Shown: one piece after another, positions 63,171 through 64,000 of the stretch
Numbering within the stretch: position 1 is the first letter of the stretch
How the letters are laid out: every line of letters begins with the position of its first letter
Assembly: GCF_052049935.1 (NCBI RefSeq)
Contig: NZ_JBNGZA010000002.1
Span: 19,977 to 83,976 of the forward strand
Direction of reading: 5' to 3'
DNA: 64,000 bases
DNA from: Candidatus Pelagibacter sp.
GTDB lineage: Bacteria > Pseudomonadota > Alphaproteobacteria > Pelagibacterales > Pelagibacteraceae
Notes under the pieces: model-generated
The model's database searches: none
The model's input: only the letters and a program-made list of their open reading frames with translations
Told to the model about the DNA's origin: nothing
Made by a program: the position numbers and the translations under genes

Positions 63171-63595
63171 TACTCTTTAACCTCAATTCCCATCGACCTA
63201 GCAGAACCAGCAATAATTTTAACAGCTTGTTCTAAATCTAATGCATTTAAATCTTTCATTTTTTGATTTGCAATTTCCTCTACCTGTTTTTTTGTAAGCG
63301 TCGCGACTACATTTCTACCAGGTTCTTTGGAACCACTTTTAAGCTTAGCTGCTTCTCTAATAAAAAAAGAGGCTGGAGGTGATTTAATTTTAAAATCAAA
63401 TTTTTTGTCTTTATAAACCGTAATCTCAACAGGAATAGGCTTACCTGCCATAGATTTTGTTTTGTCATTAAACGCTTTACAAAATTCCATAATGTTAACA
63501 CCACGCTGACCTAACGCAGGACCAACAGGGGGAGCTGGATTAGCTTGACCGCCTTTAATTTGTAATTTTATAAATCCACTAATTTCTTTTGCCAT
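63170..63595 (-). CDS. rplK: 50S ribosomal protein L11
   Basis: [28 protein letters not shown]. Confidence 0.98.
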   Translation of the reverse strand: MAKEISGFIKLQIKGGQANPAPPVGPALGQRGVNIMEFCKAFNDKTKSMAGKPIPVEITVYKDKKFDFKIKSPPASFFIREAAKLKSGSKEPGRNVVATLTKKQVEEIANQKMKDLNALDLEQAVKIIAGSARSMGIEVKE

Positions 63596-64000
63596 TAACT
63601 TACCTTTTCCACTTGGTTATATTCTAAATCAACCGGTGTAGGACGACCAAATATAGAAACTGAGACCTTAAGTCTAGACTTTTCTTCATCAATTTCTTCA
63701 ACCATTCCACTGAATGAAGCAAATGGTCCATCTACTACCTGAACTTTTTCACCAACGCTGTACTCTATACCAGATTTTGGTTGAGCTACACCATCTTTTA
63801 TTTGGCCTAAAATCTTCTCAATTTCTTTGTCTGAAACTGGGACTGGCATGCCTTTTGAGCCTAAAAAACCACTTACTCTCTTTATATTCTTTATCATATG
63901 ATAAATATTATTATCCATCTCACTCTTTATTAGAACATAACCAGGAAAATACTTCTTTTTTCTTTGTATTCTTTTTCCTCTTTTAACTTCCGTTACATCA
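63595..64000 (-). CDS. nusG: Transcription termination/antitermination factor NusG (5' end lies beyond the window)
   Basis: Open frame runs to the window edge ([22 protein letters not shown]); [22 protein letters not shown]. Confidence 0.97.
   Translation of the reverse strand, partial: DVTEVKRGKRIQRKKKYFPGYVLIKSEMDNNIYHMIKNIKRVSGFLGSKGMPVPVSDKEIEKILGQIKDGVAQPKSGIEYSVGEKVQVVDGPFASFSGMVEEIDEEKSRLKVSVSIFGRPTPVDLEYNQVEKVS

Noticed and set aside
1-64000. CRISPR arrays, IS elements, prophage, rRNA, tmRNA, defence systems
   Set aside because: No repeat-spacer arrays, transposase, integrase or phage motifs seen; nearly all sequence is explained by housekeeping CDSs

Overview
Very AT-rich (roughly 30% GC by eye), gene-dense core-genome segment of an alphaproteobacterium, most likely Pelagibacterales/SAR11 (inferred from gene content, near-zero spacers and Lys/Asn/Ile-rich proteins). 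Contents: an Asp/Asn-beta-hydroxylase-like dioxygenase divergent from hemB; dapA-smpB-folK-spoT-pyrE-pdxJ-acpS-lepB-rnc-recO; a soluble lytic transglycosylase; tRNA-Ser(GCT); soxBDAG followed by a family-3 solute-binding protein and one permease; gatCAB-O-methyltransferase-trhO-MATE-thermonuclease; yqgF-pyrB-pyrC'-plsY-topA-rid; galU-ugd; panC; mgtE; lipB; rluC; and the nusG(partial)-rplKAJL-rpoBC-str-S10-spc-alpha ribosomal supercluster. No mobile elements, CRISPR arrays or rRNA genes were seen. The best leads are: (1) a TrmR-like O-methyltransferase translationally coupled to trhO, a candidate mo5U34 tRNA pathway; (2) soxBDAG plus a cyclohexadienyl-dehydratase-clade binding protein plus a lipobox-bearing permease with no ATPase, a candidate uptake/demethylation system for an unknown N-methylated solute; (3) candidate leaderless mRNAs, notably spoT; (4) a shortened RSH, a metal-ligand-less PyrC', and absence of rpmD, tuf, era, rpoZ and dprA from their usual positions. 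All assignments come from motif recognition by eye; no searches were run.
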